DNA from: Sedimentisphaerales bacterium
Lineage (GTDB): Bacteria; Planctomycetota; Phycisphaerae; Sedimentisphaerales; Anaerohalosphaeraceae
NCBI GenBank assembly: GCA_016928585.1
Contig: JAFGKL010000033.1
Coordinates: forward strand, 1-47,504
Reading direction: 5' to 3'
DNA: 47,504 nt
Shown here piece after piece: positions 26,426 through 36,342 of the stretch. Both the position numbers and the translations under genes were made by a program. The first letter of the stretch is position 1; every line of letters starts with the position of its first letter. Under the pieces are notes generated by a model that searched no databases, was not told where the DNA came from, and saw nothing but the letters and a program-made list of their open reading frames with translations.

Positions 26426-27791
26426 AGTTTGGGCTGTTGCTCGTAATACGATGGCTCAGGCAATAAGGATGAAAGTTGCTGTAGTGATCATTATGCTGTT
26501 GCTTGTTATCCTTCCTGTTATGAGCTTTATTATGATAGGCGACGGGACGCTTCACGGGAAGCTGCAGACATTTATCAGTTACGGGATGTCGCTTGTCAGT
26601 CTTCTTTTGTGTGTTCTTACGATCGCAGTATCCGTTTACACACTAACCAGTGATCTTAAATTAAAACAGATATTCCTTGTGGTGACCAAGCCCATTCACC
26701 GTTTCGAACTACTTGTCGGAAAGCTTCTTGGTGTTGTTATTCTTGATGCGTTCCTGCTTGCTGTTTTTGCTTCTATCATATACGGCCTGACTTTGATGAT
26801 TCCTCGTTTGTCCGATGCTAATCAGGCAGAGATCGACAAAGCTAACCGCGAGTTTTTTACTGCCCGAATCGGTCTTAAAACCAAAATTGACGAAGAAAAG
26901 ATCGAAAAAGCCGTGTTTGCGAGATATGAAGAACTTGAAAAAACAGGGCAACTTCCCAGCGATATGAGCAGGATTAAGATATTAAGAGAGCTTAGAGGTC
27001 AGGAGCTGCTTAAAGAACGAGTTGTCGAACCAGGCAAACAGAAGCTTTGGGAGTTTGAAAATATAAAGCCTATCGAAGGGACGGAAACTTTGTTTGTAAG
27101 ATACAAGTACGAAGTTTCCGGCAGTTTTCCCGATATGGAGGTCAAAAGCGTATGGGTGGTTGGAGATTATCGCCAACAGGAACGGCTAGGTCCGGGAATA
27201 TGGGAAAGTCCTGTATATCGTGTTGACAGATCTGATGCTATCAAGATGTTCCGTGAGTTTGAAGTTCCTGCAAATGCAATAGCAGAAGACGGGTATCTTG
27301 CAGTCGCTTTTAATAATCTTTATGAAAACAGGGCGACGGTTATACCTGATGATGTTGAGGTTCTTTATAAGGCCGGCGGTTTTACGGGTAACTTTTTGCG
27401 GGTTGTTCTTATGGTTTTTGCAAGGCTGATATTTCTTTCGGCATTGGGGGTGTCGCTTTCCACATGGCTGTCGTTCCCGGTAGCGATACTTGTTTGTTTT
27501 TCCATATTTTTTATAGGAACCGTGAACGGTTTTGTTGTCGATTCCTTTGACTATATGGAAATTAAAGGCATTGAGATGTTGTATAGCCTTACACTTAAGC
27601 CATTGTTGTGGTTATTCCCCCGTTTTGACGGTGAGTTTAACCCGACCCGGTTTATGATATCGGCAAGATTTTTGAGCTGGGTTTTTTTGTTAGAAGTCTA
27701 TGGGGTTATGGTAGCAATAAAATCAATAATACTTTTAATATTGGGTATTTGGATATTCAGTAATAAGGAAATTGCCAAGACAATAGTATAA
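26418..27791 (+). CDS. ABC-2 type permease-like membrane protein with large extracytoplasmic loop
   Basis: 457 aa, with an 8-nt overlap with the ATPase gene. SDLKLKQIFLVVTKPIHRFELLVGKLLG matches the segment in the 17770-18756 permease. Confidence 0.75.
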   Translation: MRRVWAVARNTMAQAIRMKVAVVIIMLLLVILPVMSFIMIGDGTLHGKLQTFISYGMSLVSLLLCVLTIAVSVYTLTSDLKLKQIFLVVTKPIHRFELLVGKLLGVVILDAFLLAVFASIIYGLTLMIPRLSDANQAEIDKANREFFTARIGLKTKIDEEKIEKAVFARYEELEKTGQLPSDMSRIKILRELRGQELLKERVVEPGKQKLWEFENIKPIEGTETLFVRYKYEVSGSFPDMEVKSVWVVGDYRQQERLGPGIWESPVYRVDRSDAIKMFREFEVPANAIAEDGYLAVAFNNLYENRATVIPDDVEVLYKAGGFTGNFLRVVLMVFARLIFLSALGVSLSTWLSFPVAILVCFSIFFIGTVNGFVVDSFDYMEIKGIEMLYSLTLKPLLWLFPRFDGEFNPTRFMISARFLSWVFLLEVYGVMVAIKSIILLILGIWIFSNKEIAKTIV

Positions 27792-27792
27792 T

Positions 27793-29553
27793 ATGCGTTT
27801 ACGTGATGTCATAATAATTGTTCCTTGTTTGCTTTTTGCATTGGTCTTGATGTACTTTGCATCGACCAGGCTCGATGCTATCCACAGTTCGCGTGACGAG
27901 ATGGGTCTTATCAGTAACGCTCCCCTTGAGAACGCTCCGCCTTCCCTTGCATTTGCAACGGTGGCAATGGGAGCATTTAGAGGTCTTGTTGTTGATATAC
28001 TCTGGATGCGAGCAGACAAGCTCAAAGAAGAAGGGCAGTTCTTCGATGCCAAGCAGATAGCAGATTGGATAACAACGCTTCAGCCGCGTTTTGCACAGGT
28101 ATGGGATTTTCAGGCTTGGAACATGGCCTATAATATATCGGTCGCAATGCCTGCAAGCCAGTGGCAGGAGCGATGGAGATGGGTAAAGAATGGTTACGAA
28201 CTGCTTCGTGATAAAGGTATAGAACAAAATCCACACAGCATACAGCTTTATCGTTCTCTTGCGTGGATATTCCAGCATAAGATGGGTTCTGTTACCGACG
28301 ATTGTCATAAGCACTATAAGCGGGAACTTGCTCTTTCGATGCGTCCGTTATTGAGCCCGAACACAAAAGAACATTTTAAAAAGCTGATAGCGGCTGATCA
28401 TGAACTATCGGAAGTTATGAAAGACGAGGAAGTATCGAAATTCATATCGTCTTTGAAAGAAGCCGAACCTGTATTTGATGACGAAGACAAGATAGTCAAC
28501 AATTATCTTTCTCTAAGACAATTTCCTTCAAGGTTCAAGCCCGAAGCCCATGAAGTAATCAACAGGTTCAGGGGAACCGAGGCACTTGATAAATTCGATA
28601 TCTTTGCAAAGGCCTATCATTTGCGTAAAGAATGGAAGCTTGATCCGGAATTTATGCAGAAGCTGAACGATCTGTATGGGCCGACAAATAATTTCGATCC
28701 TAATGACCATAATCCTTTAAACTGGGAACATCCTGCCGCTCATGCTATTTACTGGGCAGAATACGGGCTTGAAAATGCAAGTAAACCCGGCGAGTATTCC
28801 GTAGATGAAAAAAACACGGACAGAGCAGTATTCCATTCATTGCAGGAGCTTTACAGAAATGGCAAAATGATAATCTATCCGGTGCCTGGAAGAGAAGCGA
28901 GCGTGTTTTTGCGACCTGACCTTACTATGTTCGATAGCTGCGAAAAACTGTGGAAGAAGAAATGGGATAAGTACAAGGCGATGGACAATTCTAATCCGAA
29001 AGGAGTTTCGACGGGGTATAGAAATCTGCTTAAGAATGGAGTCGGACTTTTTTATCAGGCAGGTCATATCGATAAGGCGGGCAAGATATATCTTAAAGCA
29101 AGAAAACTTTTTCCCGATCGAGAAGAGTTCAGGGATCCTCTTGAAGTATATGTAAGAAAACAAGTAGCCAAAGAGATCAGGTCGGTCAGTATAACCGAAG
29201 CAACCGAATTAATAATAATGGCTCTTAGGGAAGGATATTTCAGATTTGCAGTGCATGATGATGACAATGCTTATGGGCGAGAGAAGTGGGCTCAGCAAAT
29301 CTACGATATTTATCAGAAGGAATTTACTGACGAAGGTGTTTTGAGGATCGATCTGCCGAGTTTTGGAATGCTCCGGTATCTTGCATTTATAGGGTTCATT
29401 AATGATGAGTATTACCCGGAGAACCTCCGTAAAAGTCTTCTTGCACGTATCAAGGTTGAGCGTCCGGACCTTTTTGAAAAGCTTACGAAACAGGAAAACG
29501 ATTTTATAGAACGATCCAAAAAGGCAGCCGAAGAGAAGCAAAACGGACAATAA
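27793..29553 (+). CDS. membrane-anchored protein of unknown function
   Basis: 586 aa. It starts 1 nt after the permease stop. It has an N-terminal TM helix (IIIVPCLLFALVLMYFA). The body is predicted helical and Trp/Tyr-rich (WITTLQPRFAQVWDFQAWNMAYN). I recognised no family. Confidence 0.6.
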   Translation: MRLRDVIIIVPCLLFALVLMYFASTRLDAIHSSRDEMGLISNAPLENAPPSLAFATVAMGAFRGLVVDILWMRADKLKEEGQFFDAKQIADWITTLQPRFAQVWDFQAWNMAYNISVAMPASQWQERWRWVKNGYELLRDKGIEQNPHSIQLYRSLAWIFQHKMGSVTDDCHKHYKRELALSMRPLLSPNTKEHFKKLIAADHELSEVMKDEEVSKFISSLKEAEPVFDDEDKIVNNYLSLRQFPSRFKPEAHEVINRFRGTEALDKFDIFAKAYHLRKEWKLDPEFMQKLNDLYGPTNNFDPNDHNPLNWEHPAAHAIYWAEYGLENASKPGEYSVDEKNTDRAVFHSLQELYRNGKMIIYPVPGREASVFLRPDLTMFDSCEKLWKKKWDKYKAMDNSNPKGVSTGYRNLLKNGVGLFYQAGHIDKAGKIYLKARKLFPDREEFRDPLEVYVRKQVAKEIRSVSITEATELIIMALREGYFRFAVHDDDNAYGREKWAQQIYDIYQKEFTDEGVLRIDLPSFGMLRYLAFIGFINDEYYPENLRKSLLARIKVERPDLFEKLTKQENDFIERSKKAAEEKQNGQ

Positions 29554-29582
29554 AATAAACCATACCGATCTGTAATAAGTCG

Positions 29583-29611
29583 TTGACATAAACGTTTTTA
29601 TTATCTCTAAT
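29583..29611 (+). promoter_or_regulatory. sigma70-like promoter TTGACA - 17 nt - TCTAAT upstream of the helicase gene
   Basis: Perfect -35 and a 5/6 match at -10. It lies 54 nt before ATG 29666, which is preceded by GGAG. Confidence 0.4.
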
Positions 29612-29665
29612 AGCCATTTCCGAATTCAAAGACCAATAACAGAGAATTTCAGACGGAAGCGGAGT

Positions 29666-31840
29666 ATGAGTGCAGCATTTTTTTCATCAGATATTCCCAT
29701 AGAGGATCTGACAGAGTCGCAACGTAAGGCGGTTTATCATGTTGATGGTCCCTTGCTTGTAGTGGCAGGTCCCGGTAGCGGTAAGACGCGAGTTATAATA
29801 AGCCGAATAGCTGCGCTTATAAATTCCGGTGTGAGTCCGTACAACATCTGTGCGATAACCTTTACCAATAAAGCAGCCCAAGAGATGCGTACTCGCCTTG
29901 AGGGGATGGGAGCCGGTACGTCGGGTGCCCACATCAGCACATTTCATTCTCTTTGCGTTAAAATACTTCGCTGGTACGGCCAGAGGGCAGGGATCGGCAG
30001 TAATTTCAGTATTTATGATGATAACTCTCAAAAACGGTGCATGAAGGAAGCCGTCAGGGTTTCTGGAGTAGATACGAGCAATTTTGCACCGGCACGAATG
30101 CTTGGTGTAATATCGCGGTTTAAGAACGATCTTGAATCTCCGGAAGATATTAAGGTTCGTGGTGACGATTATTTCATGAAGAACACCGCGAAGATATATG
30201 AAAATTATCAAAAAATACTAAGCGATAATAATGCGCTAGATTTTGACGACCTTTTGGTGAAAACAGCTTTTCTGCTGCGAAATCATCCTGAGGTGCGAAG
30301 TGAACTTAATCGGCGTTTTAAATATTTACTGGTTGATGAGTACCAGGATACCAATCACGCACAATATCAAATAGCGAGAGGGCTTGCGATTGAGCACAGT
30401 AATATTTGTGTAACAGGCGATCCGGACCAGTCTATCTACCGGTGGCGCGGTGCCGACATAGGTAATATACTTGCGTTTGAAACGGACTGGCCTAACGCGG
30501 TCGTGGTCAAGCTGGAAGAAAACTTCAGAAGTACACCTAACATACTCGAGCTTGCCGACAAATTAATTGCATCTAATAAGCAACGCAAGCAAAAGACCTT
30601 GATCCCCACACTTGAAAGGGGGGAAGATGTTATCGTTCAGGATTATCCGGACGATTCGGAAGAAGCATTTTCTGTTGCCCGGGAAATTCAAAAGCTTATA
30701 TACGATGGTAGCGAACCAAGTGAGATAGCTGTCTTTTACCGGGTCAATTCGATGAGCAGGGCGATAGAGGAGTCCCTTATTCAAAAGCGTATCCCTTACC
30801 AGGTTGTTCGTGGTGTAGAGTTTTATGCCCGCAAAGAAATTCGCGACATGCTTGCTTATCTTAAGGTGATGGTGAACCCTGACGATGATATCGCATTTGT
30901 GCGGGCTATCGGTACGCACCCGAGAGGGATAGGGAAAACTACACTTGATAAACTTGCAATTTATGCAAGTGAAAATGGTATTGGTCTAAATAAAGCGGCT
31001 GAAAAAGCCCATCTGCTGGATTCAACCACGGAGGCGATCCGGGCAAAACTTACAATGTTTGCGGCTATGCTGGAAAAGTTCAGGAAGGATGCTGAAGGAG
31101 AAGTTGCTCCTTTGATGGAGAGAGTTTTCAGTGAGACGGGGCTGCTGGAATATCTACAGACTCAGGGAAGCGAAGGCGAAAGTGCCGTAGAAAATATAAA
31201 CGAACTTATAAACTCAGCGGCTGAATATGACAAGCAGATTGCAGAGCCGAACCTTACGGATTATCTTCAGACAATAGCTCTTTACAGCGATACAGATGCT
31301 TATGATGCAAAGTCCGGCAAAGTATCGTTGATGACACTGCATGCCGCCAAGGGACTTGAGTTTGATAATGTTTTTATCGAGGGGCTGGAAGAAGGTTTGC
31401 TGCCGCATGAGAGGAGTGCGGACAACCAGGAGGAGCTGGAAGAAGAGCGACGACTTTTCTTTGTGGGTATAACGCGGGCAAGGAGGAGGCTTTTCATAAG
31501 TCTTGCAAGGCACAGGGTGATGAGGGGGCAGTACTTACGTACAGTTCCGTCGCAATTTCTTTACGAAGCCGGTTTTGATCTCGACCAGATCAACAGCGAA
31601 AGTTCCGAGGATGCCGAGGAATCCGATAGAATTGAAGATTATTATGACTCGCAGGTACCTCAGGAGGCACCTTTTAGGGTAAATGAGCTTGTCGAGCATA
31701 TGAAGTTCGGGACCGGGCGGGTAAAAGAGTTCCTAAATCTTGGCGAAGATAGTATAGTTGTAGTTGAATTCAGTTCTGGAAAAGTCAAATCACTGATGTT
31801 AAAATACGCTAAACTTACAAAAGTGAATATTAATAAATGA
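29666..31840 (+). CDS. UvrD/PcrA-family ATP-dependent DNA helicase
   Basis: 724 aa. Motifs: AGPGSGKTRV, TFTNKAAQEM, LVDEYQDTN, TGDPDQSIY, TLHAAKGLEF, VGITRA. The C-terminus carries an HMKFGTGRV module. Confidence 0.93.
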   Translation: MSAAFFSSDIPIEDLTESQRKAVYHVDGPLLVVAGPGSGKTRVIISRIAALINSGVSPYNICAITFTNKAAQEMRTRLEGMGAGTSGAHISTFHSLCVKILRWYGQRAGIGSNFSIYDDNSQKRCMKEAVRVSGVDTSNFAPARMLGVISRFKNDLESPEDIKVRGDDYFMKNTAKIYENYQKILSDNNALDFDDLLVKTAFLLRNHPEVRSELNRRFKYLLVDEYQDTNHAQYQIARGLAIEHSNICVTGDPDQSIYRWRGADIGNILAFETDWPNAVVVKLEENFRSTPNILELADKLIASNKQRKQKTLIPTLERGEDVIVQDYPDDSEEAFSVAREIQKLIYDGSEPSEIAVFYRVNSMSRAIEESLIQKRIPYQVVRGVEFYARKEIRDMLAYLKVMVNPDDDIAFVRAIGTHPRGIGKTTLDKLAIYASENGIGLNKAAEKAHLLDSTTEAIRAKLTMFAAMLEKFRKDAEGEVAPLMERVFSETGLLEYLQTQGSEGESAVENINELINSAAEYDKQIAEPNLTDYLQTIALYSDTDAYDAKSGKVSLMTLHAAKGLEFDNVFIEGLEEGLLPHERSADNQEELEEERRLFFVGITRARRRLFISLARHRVMRGQYLRTVPSQFLYEAGFDLDQINSESSEDAEESDRIEDYYDSQVPQEAPFRVNELVEHMKFGTGRVKEFLNLGEDSIVVVEFSSGKVKSLMLKYAKLTKVNINK

Positions 31841-31852
31841 GGAGAATTTTCA

Positions 31853-33259
31853 GTGTCGAAAGTTAGTCTTTATTACAAGAATGTCTCAGCGGAAGTAGTC
31901 GGTCAGGAACACGGAATAAGTCAAAGTCAGTTTGCGGAGCTTGCCGAACGAGTGAAGCCGGCTATTGCTGCGGTGAATAAACGGCGTGAGCAGGGAAAGA
32001 CCCCTTACAGGGATCTTCCCTACAATAAGGATTACCCAACATCGGTGAAACAGGTGGCTTCGGATATTGAGGGCGAATATGAAAATTTTGTAGTTCTTGG
32101 TATCGGGGGCTCGGCTCTTGGGAATATCGCAGTTCAGAGCGCGCTTAATCCTTATATGTATAATATTGATTCGGCGCAAAGGGAGAAAAGACCCAGGCTG
32201 TTTGTTTTTGATAACGTTGATCCTGCACAACTGGCAAGTTTTCTCGATTGGGTGGGCGACAGACTTGAAGAAACGATCTTTAACGTGATCAGTAAATCCG
32301 GAAGGACGGCAGAAACGGCAAGCCAGTTCATGACAATAAGACAACTGCTTATAGATAAGCTTGGCGAAGATGCGTGTAAAGAACATATTATCGCAACAAC
32401 CGATGCGAAGGAAGGAACGATGCGTAAGATCGCGGACGATGCCGGGTACAGGACTCTGGTCGTTCCGGACGGTGTCGGGGGGAGGTTTAGCGTGCTTAGC
32501 CCAGTGGGCTTGTTAAGTGCAGCGGTTTGCGGGATAGATATCGACGGATTGCTCGAAGGTGCCGGACTTATGGACAAAAGAGTATGCGGTGATGATATGT
32601 TTTCCAATCCTGCGGCTATGAATGCGGCTGTGAACTGGCACTATTACAATCGAGGTAAACCGATATCCGTAATGATGCCTTATGCTTATGCGTTGAAGGA
32701 TTTTGCCGACTGGTACAGGCAGCTTTGGGCCGAGAGTCTTGGCAAGACGGTTGATGTTGATGGAAACGAGGTATTTGTAGGTCCGACGCCGGTAAAAGCG
32801 CTGGGGACGACGGATCAACACAGCCAGGTGCAGCTTTACCGAGAGGGGCCGAACGATAAGCTTTTTACATTTTTGCAAGTTGAAGATTTTGGCAGTGAAA
32901 TTAATATCGGGCCGGCGCCGGATTGCGCTCCGGAACTTGGCTATCTTGACGGTGCGAAGATGTCAAAGCTTATCAACAGCGAAAAGGCAGCGACCGAATA
33001 TGCACTGCTGCATGATAAGCGGCCATGTCTTACGGTGATGTTCGATAAGCTTGATGCGGTTAGCGTGGGAGAGTTTATTTATCTTTATGAAGTGACAACC
33101 TCAATTGCCGGAGAGCTGTTTAAGATAAATACTTACAATCAACCGGCTGTTGAGCTTGGGAAAGAGGCAACGTTCGCTCTTATGGAAAGAGAAGGTTATG
33201 AGGAACTTGCCAAAAAGATCGTGCCTATTACAAAAATAGACACAGATTTTCTTGTATAA
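31853..33259 (+). CDS. pgi: glucose-6-phosphate isomerase
   Basis: 468 aa with a GTG start and GGAG upstream. Motifs: VVLGIGGSALG, ISKSGRTAET, GVGGRFSVLSPVGL. Confidence 0.9.
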   Translation: MSKVSLYYKNVSAEVVGQEHGISQSQFAELAERVKPAIAAVNKRREQGKTPYRDLPYNKDYPTSVKQVASDIEGEYENFVVLGIGGSALGNIAVQSALNPYMYNIDSAQREKRPRLFVFDNVDPAQLASFLDWVGDRLEETIFNVISKSGRTAETASQFMTIRQLLIDKLGEDACKEHIIATTDAKEGTMRKIADDAGYRTLVVPDGVGGRFSVLSPVGLLSAAVCGIDIDGLLEGAGLMDKRVCGDDMFSNPAAMNAAVNWHYYNRGKPISVMMPYAYALKDFADWYRQLWAESLGKTVDVDGNEVFVGPTPVKALGTTDQHSQVQLYREGPNDKLFTFLQVEDFGSEINIGPAPDCAPELGYLDGAKMSKLINSEKAATEYALLHDKRPCLTVMFDKLDAVSVGEFIYLYEVTTSIAGELFKINTYNQPAVELGKEATFALMEREGYEELAKKIVPITKIDTDFLV

Positions 33260-33368
33260 TAGTTGTATTTTTTTTAGTACGGGTTAGAATTCGGTAAGGA
33301 GCCCGCGTCAAATTTTGATTTTGAGCCAGGGTTCGACAGTTAAAGATTATTACTGAGAGGGATTAAAA

Positions 33369-34457
33369 ATGGATTTTGCAGTAATAATGGCAGGGGGAAC
33401 AGGCAAGCGTTTATGGCCTTTGAGCCGACAGAAACGTCCTAAACAGGTTCTGAAGCTTCTTGACGGTGAAACATTGCTTCGTCGATGTCTCGAGAGACTG
33501 ACACCGATATTCGATAAACGTAATATCATAGTTCTTACCAATGCAGGTTATGCCGATATTGTTCGGGAGAATCTACCTGAGATACCCTATGGTAATGTAG
33601 TAGCCGAACCTGCTGTTCGTGATACTGCCGGTGCTATCGGGCTTGCCGCGACCGTATTGAGCAAGTTTGATGCTAATGCAACGATGGTGGTTGTTACGGC
33701 CGACCAGGTTATTGAGCCAGACGATGTATTTCAGTCTGTGGTGAGAGATTCGCTTACATATATAAATTCCAACCCTGATGCTCTTATTACTTATGGTATT
33801 GATCCTACATTCCCTGCTACTCAACTCGGATATATCAAGCTGGGTTCTGCAGAACAGTTTGAGGGTTGTGATAACAAGATATGTAAAGTTGAGTCGTTCA
33901 AGGAGAAACCAGACAAGCAAACAGCACAGGAATATCTTGACAGCGGCAGTTATTGCTGGAACTCCGGTATGTTTGTTTGGAAGGCGAAAACGATACTTGA
34001 TAAGATCACCAGTTATCTGCCGGAGGCAGTAGAGCCTTTGAGCAAGATCAAAGCGGCCTGGGATGGTCCGAAGCAGAAAGAGGTATTAAAACAGTGGTTT
34101 CTTAAGATGCCTAAAATCAGTATTGATTTTGCCGTGATGGAAAAGGCTGACAATGTTTTTGCGATAAGGCTTGATTGCAGGTGGCTTGACATGGGTTCAT
34201 TCGCGGCACTTGCTGATATTATAAAATCAGATGACAAGAATAACATTGTAGTTGCAGGACACAGCGAACTGCTTGATTCCAAGAACAATATTGTTGTTAC
34301 AGAAGATAAAAAGCATCTTATAGCAACAATTGGTCTTGAGAATATAGTTGTTGCTCACAGTCCGGATGCAACATTAGTTTGTCATGTTGACCAGACACAC
34401 AGGTTGAAAGAACTTCTTGATCTTATTGGCGATCATGGGGGCAAGAAATTTCTTTAA
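33369..34457 (+). CDS. mannose-1-phosphate guanylyltransferase-like nucleotidyltransferase
   Basis: 362 aa. The N-terminus AVIMAGGTGKRLWPLSR is an NTP-transferase G-loop. There is no cupin/PMI domain. Confidence 0.85.
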   Translation: MDFAVIMAGGTGKRLWPLSRQKRPKQVLKLLDGETLLRRCLERLTPIFDKRNIIVLTNAGYADIVRENLPEIPYGNVVAEPAVRDTAGAIGLAATVLSKFDANATMVVVTADQVIEPDDVFQSVVRDSLTYINSNPDALITYGIDPTFPATQLGYIKLGSAEQFEGCDNKICKVESFKEKPDKQTAQEYLDSGSYCWNSGMFVWKAKTILDKITSYLPEAVEPLSKIKAAWDGPKQKEVLKQWFLKMPKISIDFAVMEKADNVFAIRLDCRWLDMGSFAALADIIKSDDKNNIVVAGHSELLDSKNNIVVTEDKKHLIATIGLENIVVAHSPDATLVCHVDQTHRLKELLDLIGDHGGKKFL

Positions 34458-34463
34458 GGTGTT

Positions 34464-34868
34464 ATGCGTTATCTTGCGATCGATCTTGGAGAGAAACGTA
34501 CCGGCCTTGCAATATGCGATGCTGAAGAGGTTGTTGCCTCTCCGCTTTGCCTTATCGAAGACCAGTCAAGTCTGCTCGCACAGATCAAAAAAATAATACA
34601 TGACGAACAAGTAGGGGGTGTGGTTGTAGGCCTTCCCTTGAACATGGATGATACGGAGGGTCCGAAGGCGAAACAAATTCGTGCTTTTGCCAAAGAACTC
34701 GGGGACAATGTGGAATTGCCGATCTATTTTCAGGATGAGAGGCTTACAAGCTTCAATGCTGAAAAAAAACTTGCCGGAGAATATACACGTAAAAAAAAGA
34801 AAAAAAGAATCGATGCCATCGCAGCAGCGGGGATATTACAGGCATTTCTTGAAGAAAAAGGCATTTAA
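34464..34868 (+). CDS. ruvX: Holliday-junction resolvase-like / pre-16S rRNA nuclease YqgF
   Basis: 134 aa. Motifs: MRYLAIDLGEKRTGLAICD, VVGLPLNMDDTEG, DERLTS, IDAIAAAGILQ. Confidence 0.9.
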   Translation: MRYLAIDLGEKRTGLAICDAEEVVASPLCLIEDQSSLLAQIKKIIHDEQVGGVVVGLPLNMDDTEGPKAKQIRAFAKELGDNVELPIYFQDERLTSFNAEKKLAGEYTRKKKKKRIDAIAAAGILQAFLEEKGI

Positions 34869-35149
34869 GAGTTTATTCGGAAGCAAATCCGACCTGTTAG
34901 TAGACCGTAGGTATCTTGAAATATTATTGGTAATATACGGTAATTTTGGATTTTTTTGTGGATTATAAGCAGAGTTGAGGTAAAATACAAATAGAGCCCT
35001 GTTGCTAAAAGGGACGGTTATGAAACTTGCTGATAACATAATGGATGTGCGGGTTGTCGGCAGAGGTATTTCATTACAGATACCACTGGGGAGGTTCCTT
35101 CTTTTATTATTTAAAATAGGTTTTGCGCTAAGGATGCGGAGGTGTAGCC

Positions 35150-35905
35150 ATGGAAGCAATTAATAATATCAAAATCAATATTAATAAGGTTCCTGATGCA
35201 GAATCTCTTGCTGAGGCAGCCCTGGATATTTTTATCCAGGATGCTACTAAGGCTATCGGTGCTAACGGTCGTTTTAATGTTGCTCTATCAGGGGGGCATA
35301 CCCCAGAGCGTTTTTTTGAACTGCTTGGGACAAGCCCAAAAGGCAAGGACCTTAAATGGGACAAAGTTCAAATATTCTGGGTTGATGAACGTTGTGTTCC
35401 GCCGGACTCGGAGGAGAGTAATTATGGTCTTGCGGCGCATACTTTTCTGGACAAAGTTCCCGTGCCAAAGGGGAATATTCACAGAATGCCCGGCGAGGTA
35501 AAAGATTATGCCGAGGCGGCGGTGGCGTATGAAAAAGTTATCCGCGAAGTGTTCGATATCAAACGAGGTGAGTTTCCTGAGTTTGATATGGTAGTTCTTG
35601 GTATGGGTGCCGACGGTCATATAGGTTCACTCTTCCCGACTTCCTATTCGCTATACGACACGGACGATCTTGTCAGTGTTGTTTATTTTATGAATAACAA
35701 ATATGATCGCATTACACTTACTCCGCCGGTTCTATGTGCAGCTAAACATCTTACGGTATTAGTTTCAGGAAGTGAAAAAGCCCAGATCCTTCGTGATGTT
35801 TTTTACAGCGAACCTGACGAAGTGAAGTATCCGGCTCATACGCTTTGGCCGATACTTGATAAGGTTACATGGATAGCAGATGCTGCTGCGGCAAAGTTCA
35901 TCTAA
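35150..35905 (+). CDS. pgl: 6-phosphogluconolactonase
   Basis: 251 aa. GGAGG lies 8 nt upstream. Motifs: VALSGGHTP, FWVDERCVP, LGMGADGHIGSLFP. Confidence 0.88.
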   Translation: MEAINNIKININKVPDAESLAEAALDIFIQDATKAIGANGRFNVALSGGHTPERFFELLGTSPKGKDLKWDKVQIFWVDERCVPPDSEESNYGLAAHTFLDKVPVPKGNIHRMPGEVKDYAEAAVAYEKVIREVFDIKRGEFPEFDMVVLGMGADGHIGSLFPTSYSLYDTDDLVSVVYFMNNKYDRITLTPPVLCAAKHLTVLVSGSEKAQILRDVFYSEPDEVKYPAHTLWPILDKVTWIADAAAAKFI

Positions 35906-35927
35906 GACTTTTTTAACGGGGTTTTGT

Positions 35928-36314
35928 TTAAGGTATCACCAGCCTGGTTCCGGCTCTTAGTGTATCTGCATTGGAGATAATATCTTTATTGGCATTGATG
36001 ATGGCTTGTTTTCCGTCAATGGTTCCATAATACTCTTTTGATATCCCTGTGAGAGTTTCGCCGGAGACGACTACATGGATTCTTGGGCCTACTGAATAGA
36101 CGGGTTCTTCGTTTGTTCTTTTTTTCAGAGCCGGCAGCTGATCAGGAATAGTCGGCCTAATTACTTCCGCAAGATCAGTTCCATCAGGAGAAACGATCGA
36201 AGTTTTTTCAACAAGTCTTGATTCGACCGATGAGCTTGAGATCGAGATGATCACGGTGGCGCCAGCAACCAGCGCCACCCCTATCAACATACCCATTTTG
36301 AGGTCTTTTCGCAC
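35928..36314 (-). CDS. membrane-anchored LysM-domain protein
   Basis: 128 aa with a GTG start and GAGAGG 10 nt upstream. It has a TM helix (MLIGVALVAGATVIISI). The C-terminal LysM domain reads HVVVSGETLTGISKEYYG...LRAGTRLVIP. Confidence 0.8.
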   Translation of the reverse strand: MRKDLKMGMLIGVALVAGATVIISISSSSVESRLVEKTSIVSPDGTDLAEVIRPTIPDQLPALKKRTNEEPVYSVGPRIHVVVSGETLTGISKEYYGTIDGKQAIINANKDIISNADTLRAGTRLVIP

Positions 36315-36342
36315 TGTCTTTTAACCTCTCATTTCGACAGGG

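Noticed and set aside
25166-29553. The ABC ATPase + permease + large protein as the gliding-motility GldA/GldF/GldG set.
   Set aside because: The 586-aa protein has only an N-terminal anchor and none of the features I associate with GldG. No other gld genes are present.
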